Shown in pieces: positions 10,401-24,000 of a stretch of 64,000 bases of DNA. Each line of letters opens with the position of its first letter. Position 1 is the stretch's first letter. The notes below the pieces were generated by a model. It did no database searches. It was not told the origin of the DNA and was given only the letters and a program-made list of their open reading frames with translations. Origin of the DNA: Macrostomum hystrix (lineage: Eukaryota; Animalia; Platyhelminthes). The translations under genes and the position numbers were made by a program. The stretch covers positions 2,542,001 through 2,606,000 of the forward strand of contig CATNEN010000038.1 of assembly GCA_950097015.1 (NCBI GenBank). The letters are read 5' to 3'.

Positions 10401-12838
10401 TGATTAGCAATTAAGTAAACACAGTTATTCGATCAATAAATAATTTAATAAATTATCATTCAATAGTCTAAACCATTTTCAACTACCAAGATAATAAAGT
10501 AACTCATTATTAAATCAGTAAGTACATTAGCTACTCATCACTAGCCAGATCAGCAAGCATGGCGTGGTTTATAGAAAAAGATGTTGTTTGTTTACATTTA
10601 TTTATTTTTATCTTTTAAAAAACTTAACGATTTGTGTTTCAATTCTACAGACAGACACACAAACACCCCACACTTCCTGATTCTATTTTTGTTAAATCAA
10701 TTGTCTGACAAGTAAAACAAAAACAACCTGACAATAACAAATCTGGCAGCTTTTTATACTTCCCACATGATTCAAACTTCGCAGCGTTCAGGAAAATGTA
10801 GAAGACGAAATCTGGAATTCTTGAGAAAAAACTCTGGCAGTCTCTCCCCCCGGATCGGGTCATGCTGTGCGAGTGGGCTCGTGTTTTTTTACCTTTCCGT
10901 GGCAGAAGTGTCTAGAGCTGAGTGAGAGAGCTCAGCCGGCGGTTGAGTAGCTTTCTGCCTGTCCTTGCTCAGGGATTAATGCTGCTCACCGCTGGGATGC
11001 TGGATTAGCTACTCTTTAGCCCCCCTCCCGCCAGTGCACCCCCGCACGGCGACTGTCAATTAATCTTCTAGCAGCTGAGTAGTTGGAACTCAAATTGCAC
11101 TCGAGCCAGAGCACATTCACCGATTCTGATACTCGTAGCAGTGCAATCCTTTTTGATTTCTGGGATAATAGGAACGAGGAATCCTGGACTATTTTAGCAG
11201 TGCACGTGCTGGTTATGAAATAACGGTTAACAGTAGGACTACCAAGTCTTTTTGTCGCCCGTTTTTTACCAAGGGGGAATTATCCCCTGATATTTTTTTG
11301 CTGCACCCGAACGGAGCAACGCAAGCAAACGAAACTCAAGAACACGGGCCAACTTTTTGTTGCGCATCTTCTGAAACAAGAATCAAGTCGCCAGCCCTAC
11401 AGATCGTCGACATATTCACACCATCGACTTCTGTGGTCAACCCCCTTTATCCAGACAGAGCTGCTGGACCTTCAACAGGTGGCACCAGCCGACTATTGAC
11501 ACCCTGATGCAAATTTCTATACTTTCGCTGATCAAGCCTCGTTGAAGGTGCCACGTGTTGAAGGCGGCACCTTCAACCCGCTTATAGGAAAAATCAGAAC
11601 TTCGGTCAGAACTGTTGAATATCTCGACGGTCTGAATGGCTGGCGACTTGGTTCTTGTTTCAGAAGATGCGCAACAAAAAGTTCGCCCGTTTTCTTGAGG
11701 GGGGAAATTCCCCCCCACCCTTGGTTGTTCCACTGCTAATATGGGTTAATTAGAAATTAGCTTGATGGCCATAGACGTTGTCACTTCCGCTCGGTTTCAT
11801 TGTTCGAGTTGTCTATGGCCGAGATAATATTTTCTAATTCTCACTGGTGATGGTCTGAATCAAGAACTACTGAGTCAATCAGCAACCCAGACCAAGTAGT
11901 CCTTTGTCTGAATACCGTTACCGCAAATACTTCTTATTTGAACCATAGACATTTAAAACAATAAAGGACAACAGGAACTTAACTTTTTTTCAATAAAAAT
12001 GCTTTAACCAATCATTCAATTCATCTGTCAATAGACCAATCAATCAGTCCATCAAAAATCAATGAATCAGTTACTGAATCAGGCTATCACCCAGTCGCTC
12101 ACTCAATCACTAAATCAATCAATCAGTCAATGGATCTATAATTCAATTTAACTATGACTCTAAGAATTAATCGATTAATTAACAGTATTTAACTATCTAT
12201 GGGTAAAATCATAGGTTTCTAACTGATTAGCAATGCGTAGCCAACCCGGTCAGCCCCGCTCACCCCGGCGGACAGTCGTTTGTCGGATCGGCGATCGCGG
12301 ATCTTCAATCGCTCCTCGCAGTCTGAAATTTTGAAACATTAAAAAGTTAAGACGCGGCTCGAAATGGATGAAAATTTAATTTGTTGATTTGAGGCACTTG
12401 AACAAAATTCTGCAGCCAAATCCTTCTCTGGACTGCTTTTCATTCACCACTCATTTAGCCATACAGGCCAGAAAGCATTGTGTTTAAGTGCATGCCCTTT
12501 GTGCTCAGCGGGTGCAGCATTGAATGGCATTCTCAAGCTTTAAAGCTCAGAATAGTCTCACACTGACCTAATAGAGCCTTATCCACCACATCAATATGTT
12601 TATTGGCAGTGGAAGCAGCAGCAGCAGCAGCAGCAGCTGTGGCAGCAGCTGTGGAGCCCAGCCTTTGATTCTGGCATCTACCTGACATCAGATCATCGTC
12701 CAGATGGCGATGGAAGAACTGCTGGGCGAAGATCTCGGCCACGTTGAGCATCGGAGTGCCGGCTCCGATGGAGCAATGGCGAGCGGTCAGCGAGCCGCTC
12801 TGCTGGAAGTCCACACTGGTCCGCTTGTCGGAGCTCAT
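7466..12838 (-). CDS. Probable upstream exons of the RhoGEF gene (~12838-12682, 12323-12264, ~9820-9690, ~7550-7466); structure uncertain
   Basis: GC-rich islands bounded by AG/GT. The 12682->12323 join is phase-consistent (MSSDKRTSVDF...LMS|DCEERLKIRDRRSDKRLSAG). No recognisable domain. Confidence 0.35.
9157..9500. repeat. 15-bp minisatellite TCTATTGGACACTGA
   Basis: Tandem units, degenerate at the edges. Confidence 0.9.
9938..10245 (-). mobile_element. tRNA-derived SINE family 1, copy lacking the last 3' hairpin
   Basis: A box TGGCAGAGCGG and B box GTTCGATTCC on the minus strand; body shared with at least 7 other copies in the window. Confidence 0.88.
11268..11725. mobile_element. MITE/fold-back element with long inverted repeats
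   Basis: ACCAAGGG...CCCTTGGT termini; ~84-bp imperfect inverted repeat 11335-11418 vs 11616-11699. Confidence 0.75.
11861..11905. mobile_element. 45-bp micro-element with 10-bp TIRs and 8-bp TSD GTCTGAAT
   Basis: gtctgaat|CAAGAACTAC...GTAGTCCTTT|gtctgaat. Confidence 0.65.
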
Positions 12839-13074
12839 GACTTGGCTGCCTTCCAGAACTGATGTCACAGCGATTGTGCCCCAGCCAATATCCCTGAACT
12901 GTTATACGGCTCTCAATGCACTAGCAGCAGCTTCCAAACTGATTGGGCAGATCGCGGGAACCAATCAGAAGCTGGCAGCTTGTCTACGTCTACTGATTTT
13001 GCTAACTCAACCTGAAGTTCTTGATTTCGGCCCTCAACACAAGGGAAACAATATCTACCTTTGATGAGCAGCCT

Positions 13075-16003
13075 TATATTGAGGTGGCTGTATGATAATT
13101 GAGATGGATGTCAGATAATCGAGGTGGCTGTCTGATAACTGAGCTGGCTTGCTGATAATTGAGGTGGTTGTCTGAAAATTGAGGTGGCTGTCTGATAATT
13201 GAGGTGGCTGTCTGATAATTGAGGTGGCTGTCTGATAATTGCGGTGGCTGACTGATAATTGAGGTGGCTGTCTGATAATTGAGGTGGCTGTCTGATAATT
13301 GAGCTGGCTGTCTGATAATTGAGGTGGTTGTCTGAAAATTGAGGTGGCTGTCTGATAATTGAGGTGGCTGTCTGATAATTGAGGTGGCTGTCTGATAATT
13401 GAGGTGGCTGTCTGATAATTGCGGTGGCTGACTGATAATTGAGGTGGCTGTCTGATAATTGAGGTGGCTGTCTGATAATTGAGATGGCTGTCTGATAATT
13501 GCGGTGGCTGACTGATAATTGCGGTGGCTGTCTGATAATTGCGGTGGCTGTCTGATAATTGCGGTGGCTGGCTGATAACTGAGCTGGCTTGCTGATAATT
13601 GAGGTGGTTGTCTGAAAATTGAGGTGGCTGTCTGATAATTGAGGTGGCTGTCTGATAATTGAGGTGGCTGTCTGATAATTGCGGTGGCTGACTGATAATT
13701 GAGGTGGCTGTCTGATAATTGAGGTGGCTGTCTGATAATTGAGCTGGCTGTCTGATAATTGAGGTGGTTGTCTGAAAATTGAGGTGGCTGTCTGATAATT
13801 GAGGTGGCTGTCTGATAATTGAGGTGGCTGTCTGATAATTGAGGTGGCTGTCTGATAATTGCGGTGGCTGACTGATAATTGAGGTGGCTGTCTGATAATT
13901 GAGGTGGCTGTCTGATAATTGAGATGGTTGTCTGATAATTGCGGTGGCTGACTGATAATTGCGGTGGCTGTCTGATAATTGCGGTGGCTGTCTGATAATT
14001 GCGGTGGCTGGCTGATAATTGAGGTGGCTGTCTGATAATTGAGGTGGCTGTCTGATAATTGAGGTGGCTGACTGATAATTGAGGTGGCTGTCTGATAATT
14101 GAGGTGGCTGTCTGATAATTGCGGTGGCTGTCTGATAATTGAGCTGGCTGTCTTATAATTGAGGTGGCTGTCTGATAATTGAGGTGCCTGTCTGATAATT
14201 GAGCTGGCTTGCTGATAATTGAGGTGGTTGTCTGAAAATTGAGGTGGCTGTCTGATAATTGAGGTGGCTGTCTGATAATTGAGGTGGCTGTCTGATAATT
14301 GAGGTGGCTGTCTGATAATTGCGGTGGCTGACTGATAATTGAGGTGGCTGTCTGATAATTGAGGTGGCTGTCTGATAATTGAGATGGCTGTCTGATAATT
14401 GCGGTGGCTGACTGATAATTGCGGTGGCTGTCTGATAATTGCGGTGGCTGTCTGATAATTGAGGTGGCTGGCTGATAATTGAGGTGGCTGTCTGATAATT
14501 GAGGTGGCTGTCTGATAATTGAGGTGGCTGACTGATAATTGAGGTGGCTGTCTGAAAATTGAGGTGGCTGTCTGATAATTGAGGTGGCTGTCTGATAATT
14601 GAGGTTGCTGTCTGATAATTGAGGTGGCTGTCTGATAATTGAGCTGGCTGTCTTATAATTGAGGTGCCTGTCTGATAATTGAGGTGCCTGTCTGATAATT
14701 GAGCTGGCTTGCTGATAATTGAGGTGGTTGTCTGAAAATTGAGGTGGCTGTCTGATAATTGAGGTGGCTGTCTGATAATTCAGGTGGCTGTCTGATAATT
14801 GAGGTGGCTGTCTGATAATTGCGGTGGCTGACTGATAATTGAGGTGGCTGTCTGATAATTGAGGTGGCTGTCTGATAATTGAGCTGGCTGTCTGATAATT
14901 GAGGTGGTTGTCTGAAAATTGAGGTGGCTGTCTGATAATTGAGGTGGCTGTCTGATAATTGAGGTGGTTGTCTGATAATTGAGGTGGCTGTCTGATAATT
15001 GAGGTGGCTGTCTGATAATTGAGGTGGCTGTCTGATAATTGAGGTTGCTGTCTGATAATTGAGGTGGCTGTCTGATAATTGAGCTGGCTGTCTTATAATT
15101 GAGGTGCCTGTCTGATAATTGAGGTGCCTGTCTGATAATTGAGCTGGCTTGCTGATAATTGAGGTGGTTGTCTGAAAATTGAGGTGGCTGTCTGATAATT
15201 GAGGTGGCTGTCTGATAATTGAGGTGGCTGTCTGATAATTGAGGTGGCTGTCTGATAATTGCGGTGGCTGACTGATAATTGAGGTGGCTGTCTGATAATT
15301 GAGGTGGCTGTCTGATAATTGAGCTGGCTGTCTGATAATTGAGGTGGTTGTCTGAAAATTGAGGTGGCTGTCTGATAATTGAGGTGGCTGTCTGATAATT
15401 GAGGTGGCTGTCTGATAATTGAGGTGGCTGTCTGATAATTGCGGTGGCTGACTGATAATTGAGGTGGCTGTCTGATAATTGAGGTGGCTGTCTGATAATT
15501 GAGATGGCTGTCTGATAATTGCGGTGGCTGACTGATAATTGCGGTGGCTGTCTGATAATTGCGGTGGCTGTCTGATAATTGCGGTGGCTGGCTGATAATT
15601 GAGGTGGCTGTCTGATAATTGAGGTGGCTGTCTGATAATTGAGGTGGCTGTCTGATAATTGAGGTGGCTGTCTGATAATTGAGGTGGCTGTCTGATAATT
15701 GCGGTGGCTGACTGATAATTGAGGTGGCTGTCTGAAAATTGAGGTGGCTGTCTGATAATTGAGGTGGCTGTCTGATAATCGAGGTGGCTGTCTGATAATT
15801 GAGGTGGCTGTCTGATAATTGAGGTGGCTGTCTGATAATTGCGGTGGCTGTCTGATAATTGAGGTGGCTGTCTGATAATTGAGGTGGCTGTCTGATAATT
15901 GAGGTGGCTGTCTGATAATTGAGGTGGCTGTCTGATAATTGAGGTGGCTGTCTGATAATTGCGGTGGCTGGCTGATAATCGAGATGGCTGGCTGATAATT
16001 GAG
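13075..16003. repeat. 20-bp satellite GAGGTGGCTGTCTGATAATT (~146 units)
   Basis: Exact 20-bp period without indels; recurring blocks of variant units. Confidence 0.98.
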
Positions 16004-16508
16004 AACTTAAAATGACACCTTTGAAGGTGGAAAATGCCGAAAATGGCCCTCCCAGCTTCTCTTGTTACGCCAGCGAAGAAGAAACTTGACCCAAAGCCTA
16101 CCTGTTCCCCCTTCTAAGGGGAAATTTTTCGTCTCATTATTCAGTCCGACGCAGACCATCATTCAACATTTTGCATCGACTGTTCGTTGTCATTTTGGCA
16201 GGCCAAAATCGGCTCATCTGTGTCAGTTGGGACATCTGTTCCATCTTTTTCTTGCCGACATCTGGACAACAGCCCTGCGCCCATTATCCGCTGCCCTCAA
16301 TCATTTCGCTTAAATATTGCCGCGCGCACAAGGACTGGGGGTTCAAAGCAATTCAGCGCTTTGCTGAAGCACAGCCTGTGTGCCATGTTTCGCTGCGTCT
16401 CGGAATTATTCCGACTCTCGCAACAAGGTCACGAGTTTGAATCTGCGGGGCAAGGCCGCATTGATTTGGAGTCAAGACTTAGCCGGATGCTTTTGTGCGC
16501 TTATCCCA

Positions 16509-17162
16509 GCCTTCAATCCTCAGGTAGGTGTGTCACAGCCTTCAATCCTCAGGTAGGTGTGTCACAGCCTTCAATCCTCAGGCAGGTGTGTCACAGCCTT
16601 CAATCCTCAGGTAGGTGTGTCACAGCCTTCAATCCTCAGGCAGGTGTGTCACAGCCTTCAATCCTCAGGTAGGTGTGTCACAGCCTTCAATCCTCAGGTA
16701 GGTGTGTCACAGCCTTCAATCCTCAGGCAGGTGTGTCACAGCCTTCAATCCTCAGGCAGGTGTGTCACAGCCTTCAATCCTCAGGCAGGTGTGTCACAGC
16801 CTTCAATCCTCAGGCAGGTGTGTCACAGCCTTCAATCCTCAGGTAGGTGTGTCACAGCCTTCAATCCTCAGGCAGGTGTGTCACAGCCTTCAATCCTCAG
16901 GCAGGTGTGTCACAGCCTTCAATCCTCAGGTAGGTGTGTCACAGCCTTCAATCCTCAGGTAGGTGTGTCAATGCCTTCAATCCTCAGGTAGGTGTGTCAC
17001 AGCCTTCAATCCTCAGGTAGATGTGTCACAGCCTTCAATCCTCAGGCAGGTGTGTCACAGCCTTCAATCCTCAGGTAGATGTGTCACAGCCTTCAATCCT
17101 CAGGCAGGTGTGTCACAGCCTTCAATCCTCAGGTAGGTGTGTCACAGCCTTCAATCCTCAGG
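16509..17162. repeat. 29-bp satellite, first array (~22 units)
   Basis: Unit TCACAGCCTTCAATCCTCAGG(T/C)AGGTGTG. Confidence 0.97.
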
Positions 17163-18018
17163 TTGCTCACCATTCAACGCTTGTAGAAGCTTATTATCAC
17201 CAGCTGTCATCTTCAATTAGCATTTTATCTCGTAATAGGGATTAGAGAAATGTAGTATTAAAGTGCTTTCCAACAATGCGATGCAAACTGTCAAAAAGAT
17301 TTTAAGACCCAGCTAAGATTAGGACACTTAAATGGCCACTTAGCCAGGCCAGGTCATTTTGGGATAATCTGGGCGAACCTCTGCCAGTGTTTCACTTTTT
17401 TCCATCGTTTAATTCATAGAAAAGTACAACTTCGCTATTCTTCAGGTGACTAATTTACAATAAATTATCAAATAGAATGAGCACATTGGGGCATTGTGTA
17501 CTTAATTGAAAACGCGATAAATTTGAGATATCAGACATACGGGATCGATGAGTTGCTCTCCACTAAAAGCTGTTATTCTTTTCTTTTCTGACTTTTCTAA
17601 GAACGACGTGGCGTTTCAAGTCTCCCCAGGGTAACCGCTGTCTGATCGTGTCCTAATGGTCACGTGACTTGCACCTGGATGCCTCTAGAAAGCCTTTACT
17701 GCAAAGTCTAAAAGGCGGAGTTTGAAAGCATCCACTAATTGCCTACCTAAAAACTCTAATTGTTTCTTAAAAGGGCATGAAGAATTGCCCTTCTTCTGCT
17801 TTTAGAAGAGCTGTGGAAAGGTTTTCCAGGGGCTGGTTGTCTGCAGGTGCAAGGCAGATGCTACACGAGAGTGGTCAACTCCAAAACTGAAGCTTCAGGT
17901 AACCGAAAACACGGAAAGGTAGCAAATAATTATTTCTGCACTTTTAATTCAAGATTTGTGCTATAGAATTAAGCACGCAGTCCTCAGGTTTGTGTATCAC
18001 CTCATATCACCTGCACCA

Positions 18019-21000
18019 CCTTCAATCCTCAGGTAGGCGTGTCACAGCCTTCAATCCTCAGGTAGGCGTGTCACAGCCTTCAATCCTCAGGTAGGTGTGT
18101 CACAGCCTTCAATCCTCAGGTAGGCGTGTCACAGCCTTCAATCCTCAGGCAGGTGTGTCACAGCCTTCAATCCTCAGGTAGGTGTGTCACAGCCTTCAAT
18201 CCTCAGGTAGGTGTGTCACAGCCTTCAATCCTCAGGTAGGTGTGTCACAGCCTTCAATCCTCAGGTAGGCGTGTCACAGCCTTCAATCCTCAGGTAGGTG
18301 TGTCACAGCCTTCAATCCTCAGGTAGGCGTGTCACAGCCTTCAATCCTCAGGTAGGCGTGTCACAGCCTTCAATCCTCAGGTAGGTGTGTCACAGCCTTC
18401 AATCTTCAGGTAGGCGTGTCACAGCCTTCAATCCTCAGGTAGGCGTGTCACAGCCTTCAAATCCTCAGGTACGTGTGTCACCACCTTTAATCCTCAGGTA
18501 TGCGTGTCACAGCCTTCAAATCCTCAGGTATGCGTGTCACAGCCTTCAAATCCTTAGGTACGTGTGTCACCACCTTTAATCCTCAGGTAGGCGTGTCACA
18601 GCCTTCAAATCCTCAGGTACGTGTGTCACCACCTTTAATCCTCAGGTATGCGTGTCACAGCCTTCAAATCCTCAGGTACGTGTGTCACAGCCTTCAATCC
18701 TCAGGTAGGTGTGTCACAGCCTTCAATCCTCAGGTAGGTGTGTCACAGCCTTCAATCCTCAGGTAGGTGTGTCACAGCCTTCAATCCTCAGGTAGGTGTG
18801 TCACAGCCTTCAATCCTCAGGTAGGTGTGTCACAGCCTTCAATCCTCAGGTAGGTGTGTCACAGCCTTCAATCCTCAGGTAGGTGTGTCACAGCCTTCAA
18901 TCCTCAGGCAGGTGTGTCACAGCCTTCAATCCTCAGGTAGGTGTGTCACAGCCTTCAATCCTCAGGTAGGTGTGTCACAGCCTTCAATCCTCAGGTATGC
19001 GTGTCACAGCCTTCAATCCTCAGGTATGCGTGTCACAGCCTTCAATCCTCAGGTAGGTGTGTCACAGCCTTCAATCCTCAGGTATGCGTGTCACAGCCTT
19101 CAATCCTCAGGTATGCGTGTCACAGCCTTCAATCCTCAGGTATGCGTGTCACAGCCTTCAAATCCTCAGGTACGTGTGTCACAGCCTTCAATCCTCAGGT
19201 ATGCGTGTCACAGCCTTCAATCCTCAGGTATGCGTGTCACAGCCTTCAATCCTCAGGTATGCGTGTCACAGCCTTCAATCCTCAGGTACGTGTGTCACAG
19301 CCTTCAATCCTCAGGTAGGCGTGTCACAGCCTTCAAATCCTCAGGTACGTGTGTCACAGCCTTCAATCCTCAGGTAGGCGTGTCACAGCATTCAAATCCT
19401 CAGGTACGTGTGTCACAGCCTTCAATCCTCAGGTATGCGTGTCACAGCCTTCAAATCCTCAGGTACGTGTGTCACAGCCTTCAATCCTCAGGTAGGCGTG
19501 TCACAGCCTTCAAATCCTCAGGTACGTGTGTCACAGCCTTCAATCCTCAGGTATGCGTGTCACAGCATTCAAATCCTCAGGTACGTGTGTCACAGCCTTC
19601 AATCCTCAGGTAGGCGTGTCACAGCCTTCAATCCTCAGGTACGTGTGTCACAGCCTTCAATCCTCAGGTAGGCGTGTCACAGCCTTCAAATCCTCAGGTA
19701 CGTGTGTCACAGCCTTCAATCCTCAGGTAGGCGTGTCACAGCATTCAAATCCTCAGGTACGTGTGTCACAGCCTTCAATCCTCAGGTATGCGTGTCACAG
19801 CCTTCAAATCCTCAGGTACGTGTGTCACAGCCTTCAATCCTCAGGTAGGCGTGTCACAGCCTTCAATCCTCAGGTACGTGTGTCACAGCCTTCAATCCTC
19901 AGGTAGGCGTGTCACAGCCTTCAATCCTCAGGTAGGCGTGTCACAGCCTTCAATCCTCAGGTACGTGTGTCACAGCCTTCAATCCTCAGGTAGGCGTGTC
20001 ACAGCCTTCAATCCTCAGGTAGGCGTGTCACAGCCTTCAATCCTCAGGTACGTGTGTCACAGCCTTCAATCCTCAGGTAGGCGTGTCACAGCCTTCAATC
20101 CTCAGGTAGGCGTGTCACAGCATTCAAATCCTCAGGTACGTGTGTCACAGCCTTCAATCCTCAGGTAGGCGTGTCACAGCCTTCAATCCTCAGGTAGGCG
20201 TGTCACAGCATTCAAATCCTCAGGTACGTGTGTCACAGCCTTCAATCCTCAGGTAGGCGTGTCACAGCCTTCAATCCTCAGGTAGGCGTGTCACAGCCTT
20301 CAATCCTCAGGTACGTGTGTCACAGCCTTCAATCCTCAGGTAGGCGTGTCACAGCCTTCAATCCTCAGGCAGGTGTGTCACAGCCTTCAATCCTCAGGCA
20401 GGTGTGTCACAGCCTTCAATCCTCAGGCAGGTGTGTCACAGCCTTCAATCCTCAGGTAGGTGTGTCACAGCCTTCAATCCTCAGGTAGGTGTGTCACAGC
20501 CTTCAATCCTCAGGTATGCGTGTCACAGCCTTCAATCCTCAGGTATGCGTGTCACAGCCTTCAATCCTCAGGTAGGTGTGTCACAGCCTTCAATCCTCAG
20601 GTATGCGTGTCACAGCCTTCAATCCTCAGGTATGCGTGTCACAGCCTTCAATCCTCAGGTATGCGTGTCACAGCCTTCAATCCTCAGGTAGGTGTGTCAC
20701 AGCCTTCAATCCTCAGGTATGCGTGTCACAGCCTTCAATCCTCAGGTAGGCGTGTCACTGCCTTCAATCCTCAGGTAGGCGTGTCACAGCCTTCAATCCT
20801 CAGGTACGTGTGTCACAGCCTTCAATCCTCAGGTAGGCGTGTCACAGCCTTCAATCCTCAGGCAGGTGTGTCACAGCCTTCAATCCTCAGGCAGGTGTGT
20901 CACAGCCTTCAATCCTCAGGCAGGTGTGTCACAGCCTTCAATCCTCAGGTAGGTGTGTCACAGCCTTCAATCCTCAGGTAGGTGTGTCACAGCCTTCAAT

Positions 21001-24000
21001 CCTCAGGTATGCGTGTCACAGCCTTCAATCCTCAGGTATGCGTGTCACAGCCTTCAATCCTCAGGTAGGTGTGTCACAGCCTTCAATCCTCAGGTATGCG
21101 TGTCACAGCCTTCAATCCTCAGGTATGCGTGTCACAGCCTTCAAATCCTCAGGTACGTGTGTCACAGCCTTCAATCCTCAGGTATGCGTGTCACAGCCTT
21201 CAATCCTCAGGTATGCGTGTCACAGCCTTCAATCCTTAGGTATGCGTGTCACAGCCTTCAATCCTCAGGTACGTGTGTCACAGCCTTCAATCCTCAGGTA
21301 GGCGTGTCACAGCCTTCAAATCCTCAGGTACGTGTGTCACAGCCTTCAATCCTCAGGTAGGCGTGTCACAGCATTCAAATCCTCAGGTACGTGTGTCACA
21401 GCCTTCAATCCTCAGGTAGGCGTGTCACAGCATTCAAATCCTCAGGTAGGCGTGTCACAGCATTCAAATCCTCAGGTACGTGTGTCACAGCCTTCAATCC
21501 TCAGGTATGCGTGTCACAGCCTTCAAATCCTCAGGTACGTGTGTCACAGCCTTCAATCCTCAGGTAGGCGTGTCACAGCATTCAAATCCTCAGGTACGTG
21601 TGTCACAGCCTTCAATCCTCAGGTATGCGTGTCACAGCCTTCAAATCCTCAGGTACGTGTGTCACAGCCTTCAATCCTCAGGTAGGCGTGTCACAGCCTT
21701 CAATCCTCAGGTACGTGTGTCACAGCCTTCAATCCTCAGGTAGGCGTGTCACAGCCTTCAAATCCTCAGGTACGTGTGTCACAGCCTTCAATCCTCAGGT
21801 AGGCGTGTCACAGCATTCAAATCCTCAGGTACGTGTGTCACAGCCTTCAATCCTCAGGTATGCGTGTCACAGCCTTCAAATCCTCAGGTACGTGTGTCAC
21901 AGCCTTCAATCCTCAGGTAGGCGTGTCACAGCCTTCAATCCTCAGGTACGTGTGTCACAGCCTTCAATCCTCAGGTAGGCGTGTCACAGCCTTCAATCCT
22001 CAGGTAGGCGTGTCACAGCCTTCAATCCTCAGGTACGTGTGTCACAGCCTTCAATCCTCAGGTAGGTGTGTCACAGCCTTCAATCCTCAGGCAGGTGTGT
22101 CACAGCCTTCAATCCTCAGGTAGGTGTGTCACAGCCTTCAATCCTCAGGTAGGTGTGTCACAGCCTTCAATACTCAGGTATGCGTGTCACAGCCTTCAAT
22201 CCTCAGGTATGCGTGTCACAGCCTTCAATCCTCAGGTAGGTGTGTCACAGCCTTCAATCCTCAGGTATGCGTGTCACAGCCTTCAATCCTCAGGTATGCG
22301 TGTCACAGCCTTCAATCCTCAGGTATGCGTGTCACAGCCTTCAAATCCTCAGGTACGTGTGTCACAGCCTTCAATCCTCAGGTATGCGTGTCACAGCCTT
22401 CAATCCTCAGGTATGCGTGTCACAGCCTTCAATCCTCAGGTATGCGTGTCACAGCCTTCAATCCTCAGGTACGTGTGTCACAGCCTTCAATCCTCAGGTA
22501 GGCGTGTCACAGCCTTCAAATCCTCAGGTACGTGTGTCACAGCCTTCAATCCTCAGGTAGGCGTGTCACAGCATTCAAATCCTCAGGTACGTGTGTCACA
22601 GCCTTCAATCCTCAGGTAGGCGTGTCACAGCATTCAAATCCTCAGGTAGGCGTGTCACAGCATTCAAATCCTCAGGTACGTGTGTCACAGCCTTCAATCC
22701 TCAGGTATGCGTGTCACAGCCTTCAAATCCTCAGGTACGTGTGTCACAGCCTTCAATCCTCAGGTAGGCGTGTCACAGCATTCAAATCCTCAGGTACGTG
22801 TGTCACAGCCTTCAATCCTCAGGTATGCGTGTCACAGCCTTCAAATCCTCAGGTACGTGTGTCACAGCCTTCAATCCTCAGGTAGGCGTGTCACAGCCTT
22901 CAATCCTCAGGTACGTGTGTCACAGCCCTCAATCCTCAGGTAGGCGTGTCACAGCCTTCAATCCTCAGGTAGGCGTGTCACAGCCTTCAATCCTCAGGTA
23001 CGTGTGTCACAGCCTTCAATCCTCAGGTAGGCGTGTCACAGCCTTCAATCCTCAGGTAGGCGTGTCACAGCCTTCAATCCTCAGGTACGTGTGTCACAGC
23101 CTTCAATCCTCAGGTAGGCGTGTCACAGCCTTCAATCCTCAGGTAGGCGTGTCACAGCATTCAAATCCTCAGGTACGTGTGTCACAGCCTTCAATCCTCA
23201 GGTAGGCGTGTCACAGCCTTCAATCCTCAGGTAGGCGTGTCACAGCATTCAAATCCTCAGGTACGTGTGTCACAGCCTTCAATCCTCAGGTAGGCGTGTC
23301 ACAGCCTTCAATCCTCAGGTAGGCGTGTCACAGCCTTCAATCCTCAGGTACGTGTGTCACAGCCTTCAATCCTCAGGTAGGCGTGTCACAGCCTTCAATC
23401 CTCAGGCAGGTGTGTCACAGCCTTCAATCCTCAGGCAGGTGTGTCACAGCCTTCAATCCTCAGGCAGGTGTGTCACAGCCTTCAATCCTCAGGTAGGTGT
23501 GTCACAGCCTTCAATCCTCAGGTAGGTGTGTCACAGCCTTCAATCCTCAGGTATGCGTGTCACAGCCTTCAATCCTCAGGTATGCGTGTCACAGCCTTCA
23601 ATCCTCAGGTAGGTGTGTCACAGCCTTCAATCCTCAGGTATGCGTGTCACAGCCTTCAATCCTCAGGTATGCGTGTCACAGCCTTCAATCCTCAGGTATG
23701 CGTGTCACAGCCTTCAAATCCTCAGGTACGTGTGTCACAGCCTTCAATCCTCAGGTATGCGTGTCACAGCCTTCAATCCTCAGGTATGCGTGTCACAGCC
23801 TTCAATCCTTAGGTATGCGTGTCACAGCCTTCAATCCTCAGGTACGTGTGTCACAGCCTTCAATCCTCAGGTAGGCGTGTCACAGCCTTCAAATCCTCAG
23901 GTACGTGTGTCACAGCCTTCAATCCTCAGGTAGGCGTGTCACAGCATTCAAATCCTCAGGTACGTGTGTCACAGCCTTCAATCCTCAGGTAGGCGTGTCA

